From Chrysomallon squamiferum (taxonomy: Eukaryota > Animalia > Mollusca), in contig CM022665.1 in NCBI GenBank assembly GCA_012295275.1, forward strand, positions 40,300,001 to 40,364,000: a stretch of 64,000 bases of DNA, in the 5' to 3' direction. Within the stretch, counting starts at the first letter, position 1, and each line of letters opens with the position of its first letter. Below are positions 39,404-55,339 of this stretch, piece after piece. The notes under the pieces are model-generated. The model worked only from the letters and a program-made list of their open reading frames with translations, was not told where the DNA came from and did no database searches. A program made the position numbers and the translations under genes.

Positions 39404-39759
39404 CAAGTATCCCTAAAATAACATTTGGTTAAAATTATTATTGAAAAAAAATTCTCCCTTCCGAAAGAAGTTTTAAGATTGCTCCAGATTGAAAAAAAAA
39501 AAAAAACAACAACAAAAACAAAAAAAAAAAAAAAAAAAACCAACCAAAAAAAACCCCCCAGCAACAACATATCCTGTTCCTTTCCCATCCTCTTTGACAA
39601 GAACACGTGTTTAAGACAGCGGGTCAGAGGTCACGCGTGTGTTTTAATTTAATTGGTGGCGTGAGCGACAATTCAACTTCTGAAGTCACAAGTATGACCT
39701 AACACGTGCTAGATCTATGGTTTCTGAAATACGCCTTTAGTACGCTTCCTTTAACGTAG

Positions 39760-40510
39760 TTTTGTGGTTGTGGTTGTGGTAATAGTAATAGTTAGAACAG
39801 CAGTAATAAGTATGGTAACAGTGGTTGTAGTTGTAGTAGTGATAGTTGCTGTTTTAACAGTAGTTACGGCAGTGGTAGTAGTTGGTGGTGTTGTAATAGT
39901 AGTCGTTGTGGTGGAAATAGCCGTGGTTGCCGTAGTCGTTGCAGTGGTGGTGGTGGTGGTAGTAAAAGTAGTTGTTGTTGTAGTGGTAGTGAGTAGCAGG
40001 ACAACGCGATCTGTAGAGAAAGACTGATCGACAGATAGTAGTAGTAGTAGTAATAATAGTAGTAGTTGTTGTAGTAGCTATAGCAGCAGTAGTAGCAACA
40101 GCAGTGGTAGTAATGGTAGTAGTATAGATAAATACAGTATTATTAAGTGAAGTACGTACTAGTGGATAATTAGTAAGAGTAGAGGAAATTGTGGTTATGT
40201 AGTAGAAGTAGTAATGCCAGTAGTAGTAGTAGTAGTAGTAATAGTGGAAGTGAAGGTAGTTGTTGCTGCAGCTGTTGTAGCGACCGTATGAAAGGTTCTA
40301 CGTATGCAGTGGTAGCGGTGGTCGTAATAAAAACAGTGTTAGTCATAGTAGCAGTCGTAGTACTAGTAAAACTAGTTCAAACAGTGGTAGAAGCATAAGG
40401 GGGAAAAACAAAAGTAATTCGAATCATTTACTGTAGTTGTGGTAGTGATAGTAGTAGCGAACGTAGTGATAACGAACAAACACTTGTGACGGTGGCGTTA
40501 TTAGTAGTAA
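39760..40510. repeat. Degenerate (GTA/GTG/GTT)n low-complexity tract
   Basis: Direct inspection. Confidence 0.85.
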
Positions 40511-41034
40511 CTGCTATTAATAAAACGAATGTAGGTAACAGATATATATATATACATATATATAAAAGATATTTTCTCTTGCAGTCTGTTTGCATGTGTC
40601 ACTCGCAGTTCTGGTTATAAAACACGCAACAGGTGACTCACATGAACCCTGCGTCTGATTTTTCCTTCACTGAAGCCCATCAAAACAACTTAATTCCAGT
40701 GTAGCTTTCACAATAAAACCTACTGGTATACATGGTTGTGTGGTAATGTATGGAAGGCCACTGATCTAGCGTTGGGTAACTCACCTGCAAATTGATACGT
40801 AAAAATTTAAATTGCCAGGCGTGAATCGGTCGCTGCTGAAACGTGTTTTTAATAGCCCTAACGTAACCGACGAAGGTGACCGATCGATCACGTTGACGTT
40901 GTTGTGTTTACAAACAGTTGCGCACGTGTTACAAAGCTGTTCATGTAGACGCTGTTGGCGTTAATTCAGATAAGCTTGAAAGCGACTAAGAAATCAGAAA
41001 CAAACAAACAAGCAAACAAAAACAAAAAAAAAAA

Positions 41035-41088
<54 letters not shown>

Positions 41089-41257
41089 CTGAATTTCAAA
41101 TAAAGTAATTAATAACATTTTTTTTATTTGTTAATCTTTTTTTTTTTTTTATACCGTTATGATTTATCATTGTTACCTTGACCGCTATCGTTATCATAAC
41201 TGTTATCGATTTCATCGTTATTATCGTTTTTATAATAGATTATTTTTTCTTCTTCTT

Positions 41258-41299
<42 letters not shown>

Positions 41300-42444
41300 C
41301 TTCTTCTTCTTCTTCTTCTTCTTCTTCTTCTTCTTCATTTTCTTTTTCTTCATCATTATTATTATTATCATTTTCGGTTATTTTATTATCTTTGTGATAT
41401 TGGTTTTTGTTATTTCTTTTTCTCTTCTTTAGTTTGTTGCTTTCTTTCTTTCTTTCTTTTTATTGCGTGGGGTTGAATTTTATGTCGTTGTTGTAGTAGT
41501 TGTTGTTGTTGTTGTTTTTTAAAATATTTTTTCCATATCTATTTACTGAATGAATTACGGTAAAATCGTAACTTTAAACTACCACTCTTTTCTGTCCAAA
41601 CAAACGTACACCCAAAACACCAAAACACACAAACAAACACACACACACACACTCACACACACACAAACACAAACACAAACACAAACACAAACACACACAA
41701 ACACAAACACACAAACACACACACACACACACACACAAACACACAATCACAAACAAAGCAACAAAAAAAAAAAAAAAAAAAAAAAAAACCGACAGCAACG
41801 ACCTAGTTTTAAACGTGATTTATTTTCCTCTGTGCAGCCTTTCTCGTAAAACGTCTTACTACGATGAGTACTACCTTTCACACGTGAGTAACTGCGACCA
41901 TGACCGTGAACCGATGTTACGCCTCTCCCAAAAATAACTCTTACGTGGTGACATTATGATGTCGTCGTCGTCGTGGCTGCAGGCCACAGTGTAAACGAAG
42001 GACGTCCTCTCTTCGAGATATGACACATATCTAAACTAATCCGTCACCCAAATGTCGAAGATAAAAATCTCTATATTTTTTTTTTTTTTTTTTTTTATTT
42101 TTTGTTTCCCTGGGTCACTAGGAACAAAACAATAATAAAAAATACACCGAAAAAAAAAAAAAAAAAAAAAAAAAACGCACCCAGCAGTTTGCCCTTTAAT
42201 ATTAAACAGTTCATGAAGTACTTAGTTTTATACGTGCAGCTGAAGGGCTTGGGTAATAACCGTGTTTCACTGATTTGTACTCGTTTTAAGTTATTTGCAC
42301 ACAAACCGATGTAAACAGTCAGAGAGGGAAGATGCTAAAAATAGTTAGGTTTGAGGACGCACCGGAATAATTACTAGAGAGGTATGAAAGTACACAAACA
42401 CTGGGACGTTGTTAGATACTCATGAATATAAAATATTATGTAAA

Positions 42445-42475
<31 letters not shown>

Positions 42476-42575
42476 GTATAAACGCGACCCATATACAAAC
42501 GTATGCATACAGCAGCCGTAAATACATGTTATTAATATTTATTTATTTTATTTATATATTATTCTTCTTTCTTTT

Positions 42576-42628
<53 letters not shown>

Positions 42629-42862
42629 CGGTAACTTCAACATGCATTACAGGATATTTTTGTGTATTTGATTTAATTACAGCACGAGAGATAAAGGTTG
42701 ATTTTTAAAAAAAAAAAAAAAAAAAAGTTTTTATATTACTTCGGCTAAACAGAAGTAGCAATAATAAATAAAATCAATAAATAAATTACGTGTTTATTTA
42801 TCTGTACTATTTTATAAAATTTATTAAATATAAACTTATTTTTATTATTTATTTATTTATAT

Positions 42863-42895
<33 letters not shown>

Positions 42896-44303
42896 TATTA
42901 TTATTACTGTATTATTATCATCATCATCATTTTTATTATTGCTATTGTTATTATTGTCATCATTATCATCATCATTATTATTTTTATTTTTATTGGTGTT
43001 GTTGTATTATTTTGTGTGTGTGTGTGTTTGACAAATGAAACTGCTATCAAACCATTTTCTACACTCATGGATCTGCAGCAAAATGATTTTTGACCTACAC
43101 ATATCACAGGCAGGACAGCATCTACCACGGGTTCATAAAACACTGAAGCAATGATTAGAACAGGCTGGACGAAGATAACTGATTCCACACACTCGTTTAA
43201 TTCTCTTTATTTCTTACGCCTATCTGAAACAACAACGCTTACAAAATCCTTTTGTCTTTGGTTCAGAAGTTACGAGCATGTGCTGGAATGGGCAAAAACC
43301 CAATCTGTCAGTCAACGAAAATCGATCCTGACAATCACAGCGCTCCAGACATAATTTTGTGATTAGTGACGAAGTAATTGTTAAACTCTACACCAGCTCG
43401 TACGTATGTGTTAAACAAATAAACTTCTGCCCAAATCTGACCCCAAAACGCTTTTCTCCACGTCGGTCGTAGATCCTACACAATTATGTCAGGTAAAAGG
43501 CTCATTTTCCCCCACGTTAACTAAATTGTATTGCACAACCACCGGCGATGAAGGCCCATTCTTTCACAGATGTTTATTTAAGGCTTATTAAATCTTTGTT
43601 TACGCAGTGTCATATCAATATTTAATGAAGCGGCTTTTTGCTTTTTTTTTTTTTTTTTTTCCGATGCATTTGCTTTCTGACCTGATCCTGTCCCCGGCTT
43701 CGACCCCATAATCCCGGCTATCGGGCGCGAAGGGTCAAAACAGTGATGTAACTACCCCCTGTGACAAACAGGGTATCCCACAGAGTCGGTGACAAATCTC
43801 TGTGTGTGTTGTGTGTGTGTGTGTGTTTCTTACACTCGCGTTTTTGTTAGCATATCGCTGCAGGGAAATACTCTATTATTATCGGTGATACCTGAACTGC
43901 GTGTTGGTGTAGGATGTTTTAACGCGTGTACACAAACACTGAGCCCAGTTAGCGGCCTCCAGGGTTTTTCTCTTGTGTCACAGAGCCGCGTGGGTCTCAG
44001 TCGATTTAGTCGATGACTGTTTTGTAAACGTAGTGTATTGGTGTGGAGAACGTTTAAATATCTATGATTCATTCTCTAGTCTCTCTCTCTCTCTCTCTCT
44101 TTTGCTTTTCTCTGTTTGTCTGTTTTTTTCTATCTGACTGTATCTATATCTGTCTGTCTGTTTATCTATCTATCCATCTATATATTATACTACTACTACT
44201 AATAATAATAATAAAAACAACAATAATATATATATAGATATAGATATACAAACATACATGTATATAAAACCAAATACATTCTCTCTGTATATAAATCATA
44301 TAC

Positions 44304-44407
<104 letters not shown>

Positions 44408-44468
44408 CTCCCTCCCTCCCTCTCCTCTCTCTCTTTTACACACACACATCTCTCCCTCTCTCTCTCTC

Positions 44469-44510
<42 letters not shown>

Positions 44511-44515
<5 letters not shown>

Positions 44516-44766
44516 CTTTCTTGCCACGGTCTTATAAATTAAGCACAGTAATAACACACATCTGTGTAGTAACACACGTCTCACATTACTAAAGATGTGA
44601 TATGAGTAATAATCCATACGACACAGAGAACAGTGAACAGCGGCTGTTGTAAATGAGTGTGTATCTAAAACGTGTGTTTTAGATGTCGCTGCAGGGAAGT
44701 GAGAGAGAAATTACAACACACCAAACCACAGAGTGAATCATTTAACTTCTTACTAATAGAGACAGA
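44511..44766 (-). repeat. 256-bp dispersed repeat, copy B (inverted relative to 691-946)
   Basis: Reverse complement of 691-946; both copies translate to ...SKKLNDSLCGLVCCNFSLTSLQRHLKHTF-like text in the ORF track. Confidence 0.92.
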
Positions 44767-45239
44767 GAGAGGTGAATAATATATTAAAATAGAATTCTGC
44801 ATTATTATAATTATACTGAGGGAGTTGGTGTTTCTCGGGTGCGTCTGAAATTCTGTATATTTTAATGTTAATGGCAGTTTGATGATAGCCACATATGCAA
44901 TTTTGGGACGTTTTTGTTTCTTTGTTTGTTTTATACTGTCATTGTTTCTATTTATTAGTTTTATTTATTAATTAATTAATTAATTAATTTATTTATTTAT
45001 TTATTTATTTGGTTGTTTGTTGTTTTTGTTTTGGGGTATGTTTATTGTTTTATTTTTATTATTTTTTTTTAGCTGTTTTGGGGTTTTTGTGGGGTTTTCG
45101 GGGATTTGGGGAGTTTGTTTTAGTTTTTCCTTATCTACCTATCTACATCAGGTTATGATTGAAGACAGGAAATTCACTAGTGACGCTTCTACCGACTGGC
45201 AGCAAGCTTTCTTTTATAAGTACTTTTGTTAGTTACAGG

Positions 45240-45343
<104 letters not shown>

Positions 45344-45902
45344 GGAACACACGTAAGTTTCCTTTCCTTTAGTTAATTCCCTAGACATTCTCATACAGAA
45401 ACCATAAAACATAAAACTAGCTAAGCAGTGATATACACACAAAACAAACCCAAACACACGCACAAATCGCGATAATTTAATAAATTCAAATATTTCTTTC
45501 TTGTTGTTGTATTGGTTCTTTTATTGTGGCTTTAATATAATAACGACTGGTTCAGCTTCTAGTACAACAACTACTACATTATTACTTTTATTCACCATTA
45601 TTATTAGTAGTAGTTTTAGCAACAGTAGTAGTAGTAGCAGCAGCAGTAGTAGTAGGCGTAGTAGTAGCAGTAGTAGTAGTAGTAGTAGTATAAGTTTATT
45701 TATTTTTAATGAGCTGCTTGCAACTGATTGAATGACTGTTGAAATGTTATGATAGCAAATTTATTATCAGATGCATTTTTATATTACAGCCTCAGGAATG
45801 TCTCGAGAGAAGTGAAATTAAAACAGAGTATAACTTTAATTTAGAAAATATTAACATACTGCCTTAAGCATGCTCGGAAGGTAAAAAAAAAAAAATGGGT
45901 TT

Positions 45903-45976
<74 letters not shown>

Positions 45977-46030
45977 TTATAGTTGTTATTAGGTTTTTGT
46001 TACAATTATAATTACATTTGTGATCTTTAT

Positions 46031-46065
<35 letters not shown>

Positions 46066-46586
46066 TTTATTTATTTAGTTTAATTTAGTTTAGTTTTTAT
46101 TTAGCAATATTCTTTTTACCCAGTTTCTCAGTTACGGAAGAAACAGGTTATCGCTGGATTATGGACTGGTTTTCAGTCACATCTTATGTAAAACAATGTT
46201 GGTTACGCCTTTCGGGTTTCCGTTACGACTGATCCCAGTCGATTTCTATTCAATTATTGAAACGGCGCAGACTCCCGCAAGCCTTAGCAGACGAGAAGAC
46301 TGCACGAGACACCCCTCAGTTCGCGCTTTAAAGCAAACTAGGTCAGTCGGGTGTCAGACATACAGCGTCATTAAAATATGTATTACATATGTTCTCGGCT
46401 TTAGTCTTCTGCACTTCTGAACTCGGAATAATACGTCAGATTGTCGTTTTGCAAGTTATTAAATTAACAGATGATATAAACTGTTAAATGTATGAAGGTT
46501 AGCAAGTGTAAAATGGTGTTGGGTGGTTTCGTAGATCACGTAATATGCGTAGACCAAAGTTGTGCATATTTATAGATGACTGTATG

Positions 46587-46625
<39 letters not shown>

Positions 46626-46769
46626 ATGTATGTATGTATGTATGTATGTATGTTCTATGTGTATGTATATGTATGTGTATAAGTGTGTCTGTATGTATGT
46701 ATATCTGTATTTCGTATATATATATGTATATGTATGTATGTATGTACGTATGTTTACTTCTCTCGGTGC

Positions 46770-46807
<38 letters not shown>

Positions 46808-47308
46808 TATGTATGTATAATTATATCAATAATGTTACTTTCCTTTTTTAAAAGAAGAATGGAAAACATCTTTGCTACATTCATAATTTATATTTTATTT
46901 ATTTTTTACATTGTTTTTGAAATAGTATTTCTTCATCTGCGATCGCATTTCACTTATAACTAATTGAATATCATCTATTATTAGCGGTACATCAATCAGC
47001 CTGATGCACCTGTTTGTATATTCAGTAAATACATTACTAATACATTGAGTGACAAAAGCCCATCAAAATAACTGTATGCATTTTTAATACAACTTCCTCT
47101 ATGTTTTCGCAAATTCGGATTGAGGACTTAAGCAGCAATTTGCTGGTCAGTACAGAAAGGTGTTTGGTTATTCCCGGCCTTGTAATTTGTATCATGTTAA
47201 TAAGAAAAGGATTTTGTTTTTCTTTTCCATTAAATAAATATAATGTGAAAAAGTGTTTATTTTATTTTATTTGTTTCATATTTTTTTTTTTTGTTGTTGT
47301 TTTTTATT

Positions 47309-47340
<32 letters not shown>

Positions 47341-48401
47341 TTTTTAGAAAAAGTGAATGATTTTATTTATTTATTTATTTTTTTTTTTTATTATTTATTT
47401 ATTTTTTTTATTTATTTTTTTTTTATTGTCAGTAAATGTATTGGTTATGGTAAGGTCTGATTTAGAGGTAACTTTTATAAACAGTTAATTACCTTAGTTT
47501 AATACCGTGATTAAGAATGTATTTCTGAACATTTAGATTTTGAAATATTTTGTTGTAAAATGAATATATGTGTATGTATGTATGTATGTGTGTGTATGTA
47601 TGTGTGTGTATGTGTCTATTCTTTTTATTTAATTTTTTTTTTTACTCTCTTTTTCTCGCTATCTACTACAGCTCTCTCAGCGTATATAAGCGGCTTTATA
47701 TTGATACAGTTTGACAGTAAAACGTTTTTTCTTCAGTCATTAACTGAACAAACACTTTAACTACATTCTCTGTAATATGTACTTGTTTCGCTTGATAGCA
47801 AGATAATAATGCACACTGTTTGTTTTGGAAAGTTTTGACAGCGCCACGACAGCTCACAAATGATAAACATGACAATTTGGACACGACAAATACAACACAA
47901 ACAACTGGATGGCTCTCTAAATGAATGTGATAACGTTTGGCAGGTGGAGAGATAACATTTACAAACCTAATATTAACAGTTATATATTACGTAGATATCT
48001 TTTGCTGGAGATGTAACGGGAAACAAAAACTACTGAAGTAAATCAAGGTCATTTTAGGGCAGAGAGAGGCTGGTTACGTGATAAAATCCAGCGAGCATTA
48101 AAAAAAAAAAAAAACACACACACACACTTGAAACTTTTACCATTGTGAAACTGAAATTTCAGTAAAAACTGAAACCACAAGTTGGAAATGAATTGTTATG
48201 GGATGGGCCCGTGAATGAACAGCTTCAGCAGCGATATGAGTGTGCTGGCTTGTCTGTCTGACTGGCTGTCTGACGGCAGGAAACCCATCACTTATGAAAA
48301 GCCGGTTCTGTTTTGTCAAAAAGCTGATGAAAGACAATGCGTGATTATCGCGGTCAGGATGTCGCGGTGTCCGGAAAGGGTATCTAGCCAGCAAAGCATA
48401 A

Positions 48402-48433
<32 letters not shown>

Positions 48434-48871
48434 AAAAAATTAAAAAATGTCCTTGGAACCAACAACGACAACGTGTTGCCGTGGCCCGCATGCTCGACAG
48501 ACGTGCTTCCCAAAACGAACACCTCTGTGGTGTCAATCACTGATCGTTGATGTCGTTACGCAACACTAGTTTACGTCTTGCAAGTGAAAGGCTGCTTGCT
48601 TGCTTGCGCGTTCGCCTGTGATTTCGTCAGACGACTGACTGACTTCTTGTTTTCGTCGCGGAGCTTTTTACGCGGTGGGTTTAAGACCAGGAGTAGTTTG
48701 CACTGACTTAAACTGACGTGTTACTCAACTCCAAGTGATTTTTTTGTTTTGTCCTCTACGTGCTAAGCATCAAGTAAAACGTTTCATTTCCTTACCCAGC
48801 TTCGCTCTGCCCAGTCCTGAAGTTATTATCAGATACTGTATGGTTGTCTCATTTCGTATGTAATAAAATAT

Positions 48872-48925
<54 letters not shown>

Positions 48926-49397
48926 TATGTGTTCATGTACTGTGTATAACTTTGTATACTTCAAGAAGAGGAAGGTGAAGAAAAAAAAAAAAAAAAAAAA
49001 AAGTAAGAAAATTTGGTAATCATACAAGTAATAAATAATTGTGTTCTATTTTTAATTACATTTCCAGACAGGAATAGATCTTACTTTTCTTACAAATGTT
49101 TATCGGAAGTTCCCTCAACGTGTTAGTTTTTCCTTTGTTCAAACTTTGTACGGGCCTTTTTTTTTTTTTTTTTTTTTTTGTTGCGAAGGGTGTGTGTTCC
49201 TATCCAGCGTTCATAACAACAGTTAGCTTCAAAACTGTAATGTGTATGACTTTAAAGAAAAAATAACTTTTATTATGACAACAAAATCAAAAAAAAAAAA
49301 AAAAAAAAAATCGATCGATATTCCATTGGGTGGTTTGGGTATCGTTATTTCCTAGATTCATGTTTGTATATATATATATAGTTTCAAAGTACCTCCG

Positions 49398-49719
<322 letters not shown>

Positions 49720-50354
49720 CTGTCTGTCTGTATATATATATATCCTCCCGTCATTCTTTTTTTTTTCCTTTTTTGCTTCCTGTATTATTGAATTTATTTT
49801 TTTATTTTATTATTATTTTTTTTATTTTTTTTTTGCAGGCAGATCACCCCGCTTTGAACTGCCGTCAGTAACAAAAGATTTTATTTTTAGTACGTCGTGA
49901 GTGCAACACGCGATCTCTTGCATCTATCCTGGGTGCTGATGCAACCGCTGATCTACCTTGCATGGCTACCATCAGATTTTCACCCAAAAAAGGACAACGC
50001 CTGGTTTTTTCCCAGTCGATCAAGGGAGTTTTATTTTGTGTGGGTTTTTTTTTGGAGGTCAGGTGCATGCACATACATGCTTACATATCACGGGAGCTGC
50101 CCTGAACTCGTAACGCGTCGCGTGAATTACTGGCCACGCGTACAGACCACATTACTACACAACACACTAGAGTGATTATGTTACTGTATTGTAACCGATG
50201 AAAAGCGACCGTCGTTAAGCAAGCGTTTTATCAGTGAAAGGTGCTGCTTGGTTGTAGGTTTGTTGCCTAATAGCGACTGTCACTGGTGTTCTTAAGTGTT
50301 GTCATAGTTTGTCTAGATGAGAATAAACAACTGCAAATGATGACGTGTCAAAGT

Positions 50355-50459
<105 letters not shown>

Positions 50460-50506
50460 ATTAACAAGTGAAAATTTAATAACCTCATGTGGATCTAACA
50501 ACAATG

Positions 50507-50542
<36 letters not shown>

Positions 50543-51679
50543 TCTTTCTTTCTTTCTTCTTTACTTCAAAAACATTTATTTTCTTTTATTTCTTATTTAA
50601 CAAACGGCATCTTTAAAAACATCTTACCTTCCATTCGAGTACGTTCAAGATAAAAAGTGTATTGTTCTTTGTTGCTTTGTATTGAGTATTACAAACAAAC
50701 CACGCGTTAATTCAAATAATTTCTTTATTCTCAAATCCTTCCTCGGATCCGTTATTTACATAATGTTATTATTTTTATTCTCCATCGCAGAAATGAATAC
50801 GTAACGTTTATTATTCTATTTCAATTTCTTTTTCTTCTTTTTTTTTTTTTTTTAATTATTAAATATTTTAGTACATACCAATATAAATATATATACTTTT
50901 TAAAATAATATATGATCATTAAATCATTTTAATCGGTTAAAATTTATTCAACCTTCGGTACATTGTCCAACGTATAACCTGTGACATTTATTTATTTATT
51001 TATTTATTATTTTTCATTAGAACATCTCAATTAACGAGTTTTTTTTTTTTTTTTTTTTTTTATTGGTGTTCATTTTAACCTAGCACTATTTACAAAGTTG
51101 TCGCGGGAAAAAAAAAAAAAAAAAAAAACTTAAACAAATAAATAAAAATAAATTAAACGATATCGTTTTCAATTTGATGTATTACGAGCGACATAACTTA
51201 ACACAACCGCTAGATAAAGCAACGAAGACAAACGCCATGCGAGCCGCGAGAACTTCCTTTTGAAAACAACGCGCACGATATCGGAAACTGAGACGGTCTG
51301 GCCACGTGTCAGAAAGCCTTATCGATGTCGAGTTCGATAGCGAAAATGAAGGACGCTTAAACGTTACAGTTTCTGCCACGCACACGAAAACGCGTGTTTA
51401 TGGAGATAATTTGCGAAAAGTAAACCATAACAATTTGACATTTTACTTAACTTGGCCGCGAGCCAGACTTCTGCAGTGTACCCCGTTTTGTGTGACGATT
51501 TCTGATTGGCTCTGCGTTACATAAGATTTATTTTAAGGACAGCGGTAGAAAATTTTCCATTTGAGCTCGTGTCGTAATATTTAATTTCGATCGTTTTAAA
51601 ACGCACAGTTGGTTTCGTTAAAGATCTGGATTATGTGGAGCGATACTTTTTATTTTTTATTTTTATTTTTGTCCTATTC

Positions 51680-51710
<31 letters not shown>

Positions 51711-52140
51711 GGTTATTTTTTGTTTGTTTTTTTTTTTTTTTTTTTTTTTTGTTTAGGTGCGACTGCTTATTGCAATAAATCTATGTACCAGATTGCATCC
51801 CTCAGTAAACACAGACAGACAGACAGACACACACACACACACACGTTTGCTCGTCTGAAATAATTCAGGTAAATGATAAACAGATAGTTAATATTAATGA
51901 ATTTTATTATCAAGATAACTGGCGCGTGTTACAAACACATGTACATACATCCATACATACACGCATGCACACATACGTACGTACACACGTATGTACAAAT
52001 AACAGTTATTAATAAACTTTAGTGTCACGATAGTTGGCGTAAGTTACATACAAACATACATATAAACATACATACGTATTAATATTTTGAAAAATTATCG
52101 ATAATTGTGTCTATGTCTGGGTCACTCCGAGATACCTTTA

Positions 52141-52230
<90 letters not shown>

Positions 52231-53239
52231 TTGTAAAATTTGTATTTTTCAAATTTCACAAATTGGACATTTTAAGAAACAAACTACTACTACTACTTCT
52301 ACTTCAAATATTACTAATAATAATAATGATGTACCACTTCTGTTATTTTTTAAAAATACATTTTCGTAATCTCTATTATTTGTTCCAGTTAATACTACAT
52401 TTATCGTGGGTTTTTCTATCTTATTTTATTTTCATTGTGTACCTCACAGCTTTATTTTGAAAGCAAATCGACACCCGATGAATACAAAGTTCATTTTCGT
52501 TTAGGGAGTTATATTAATACGCTTGGAAAGGTTTATTTCAACTAAGATACAATAAAGCGTGTAAAATAATTTGTACATATGTATGGATTATGTTTGTACG
52601 TACGTCTGTATGTATATATGTATGTGTGTTACGTACGTACGTATGTATTTATGCATGTTTATATATATTTGCGTTTGTATGTATGTGTATGTATGCATGC
52701 ATGCATGAATGTATGTATGTATGTATTCATGTAACACGCACCCGCTATCTTATACTAAAGTTTATGAATATTAGCTATTTGTATCTTATTTATCTGACTT
52801 AAATAAACTTAAGTGAACTAGATATATATATATATGTCTGTGTGTTTATTGAGGGATGGAATTTGGTACAGGTATTTATTGCATAAGCACTAGTAATAGA
52901 AATTTATAGAAACCAGACAGTGAGTGGATATTTTATCGATTTTTCACGTGTTAGAAGCAGACGGGGAAACTTCAAAAGTGCATTTACAAAGTGTAAATTG
53001 TTTGAAAACAAGTTGTAAATGCCTTTAATGTCAGTCCGTCTTCTATGTTTTTCATATACATATTTATTTATTCATTTATTCGTTTATCTATTTAGTGATT
53101 TATTTTAATTTTATCTCATGTGGAATAGAATCTGTCTTTTATTTCTAATTTTCTACTTCTTTTTTTTTTTTTTTTTTTTTTTTGTTATGTTTGTCTGTCT
53201 GTTTATTTAGATAAATGGGTGGAGGGTTGAATGAACGGA

Positions 53240-53242
53240 TAA

Positions 53243-53336
<94 letters not shown>

Positions 53337-53700
53337 AATTGTAGAAGCAATAATGGTTGGAGTGCAAAAAGTAATAACAGTAACAGCACATTGTAGTAGT
53401 AATAGTGATGGTGGTGGGTGGTGGTAATAGAATTGGTAGTGGTAGTAAAATAGTATCAATAATAGTATTAGTAGTAGCAATAGTAGTAGCAGTAGTGTTA
53501 GTAGTAGTAGATATTGTAGTAGTAATAGTAATAGTAGTCTAGCAGTAGTAATAGACGTTGTTGTAGTAGTAGTAGCAGTGATGGTGATGGTGGTAGAATT
53601 AGTAGTAGTAGTAGTAGTAGTGGTAGTAGAGGTTGCAGTAGCAGTAGTGATGGTGATGTTGGTTGTGGTAGAATTAGTAGTAGTAGTAGTAATAGGAGTT

Positions 53701-53734
<34 letters not shown>

Positions 53735-53750
53735 TAGCAACAGCAGTAGC

Positions 53751-53781
<31 letters not shown>

Positions 53782-53900
53782 ACAACAACAGCAGTAGCAG
53801 TAGTAGTAGCAGCAGCAGTAGTAGTAGTAGTAGTAGTAGTAGTAGCAGCAGCAGTAGCAGTAGTAGTAGCAGCAGCAGCAGTAGTAGTAGTAGTAGTAGT

Positions 53901-53959
<59 letters not shown>

Positions 53960-53988
53960 CAGCAGCAGTAGCAGTAGTAGTAGCAGTC

Positions 53989-54022
<34 letters not shown>

Positions 54023-54047
54023 CAGCAGCAGTAGCAGTAGTAGTAGC

Positions 54048-54092
<45 letters not shown>
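53240..54092. repeat. Long compound (GTA/GCA)n microsatellite
   Basis: Direct inspection. Confidence 0.95.
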
Positions 54093-54093
<1 letters not shown>

Positions 54094-54499
54094 AAGCAAG
54101 TATTATTTTGTGTGTTTAAGAAATAAGAAGACACTCATTGTTTTTTTTTGTTGGGTGTTGTTACAGGTCTTTTTTTAACGATGACAACGAAGATAAACGG
54201 GAAATAAAAGTACAGATATAATTATGTCGCAAATCAGTCTTCGTTTAGTAATACTATGGATAATTTCTACACGGCTTTATGTTTAAACCGACTGAATTTA
54301 ATCTCCTGATCTCTTTTCTTTAAAACAAACTTACCAGGAAAAAAAAAAACAACGACGACAAAGAAGATATCGGATGACAAACAGAAACCACGTTACTTTG
54401 TATCTATGTAGCAGGAACGGATCTAGGTGAAAGAAAAGACGAAAGCCTTTTTTTTTTCTTGTTGTTGTTATTGTTTGTTGTTTTGCTTTTTCATGACAT

Positions 54500-54751
54500 T
54501 TATTATTATTATTATTATTACTATTATTGTTAGTATTATTATTATTATTTTTGTTGTTATTATTGTTATTATTATCATTGTTATTCTTATTATTCTTATT
54601 ATTACTTTTATTACTATTACTATTATTATTATTACTATTACTATTACTATTATTATTATTATCATTGTTATTATTATTATTGTCATTATTATTATCATTA
54701 TTATTATTATTATTGTTGTTATTATTATTGTCATTATTATTATTGTTGTTG

Positions 54752-54816
<65 letters not shown>
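54500..54816. repeat. (TAT)n microsatellite
   Basis: Direct inspection. Confidence 0.95.
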
Positions 54817-54863
54817 TGTACATAAAGTTATTTCCATTTTGAAAGTTTTAATAAAAACAGTCT

Positions 54864-54917
54864 AGGGGGTAGGGGAGGAGATGCACGCCCCTTTTCTCAA
54901 ATTCTGATCCGCCCCTG
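54864..54917. mobile_element. Solo hAT-like terminus
   Basis: Ends in aaattctgatccgcccctg, resembling hAT MITE termini (CAGGGGCGGATC); no partner TIR found. Confidence 0.35.
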
Positions 54918-55099
54918 AGAATTACACGTCTCATTTGCGTGACGAAGACGAACTAGCGACAGAAACGGGAATTAAATTCACATTAAAACTCGTTTTTGTG
55001 ATTAGCTCGCTCAAACAGACACACAGCGAGATAAACAATGTTTTGTTTCGTTTATTTTAGAATGTGCGAGGTCGCGGGATCAACCCCAGCCAATGCCCC

Positions 55100-55144
<45 letters not shown>

Positions 55145-55252
55145 CTCCTTCATTTTAGGGTTTAAAACAAATAATGATACAAAGAAAAGAAATAAAGAAA
55201 AGAAATAAAGAAAAATTAGATAAAAAAAATAAAAATAAAGATACTAAAATAA

Positions 55253-55298
<46 letters not shown>

Positions 55299-55308
55299 AA
55301 TAAATCTA

Positions 55309-55339
<31 letters not shown>

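Noticed and set aside
43030-43365. Possible exons around 43.0-43.35 kb (minus acceptor giving DRRKK*, plus acceptor at about 43266)
   Set aside because: Short frames with no recognisable domain or partner exons; neither strand can be supported.
48320-48640. Hammerhead ribozyme cores (CTGATGA at 48324, CTGACGA on minus near 48630; also 4277 and 62746)
   Set aside because: No stem II closing onto GAAA and no compatible stems I/III found by eye.
49830-50175. Candidate exon after tttttgcag at about 49838 and ORFs 49865-50175
   Set aside because: No convincing donor or protein similarity in any frame.
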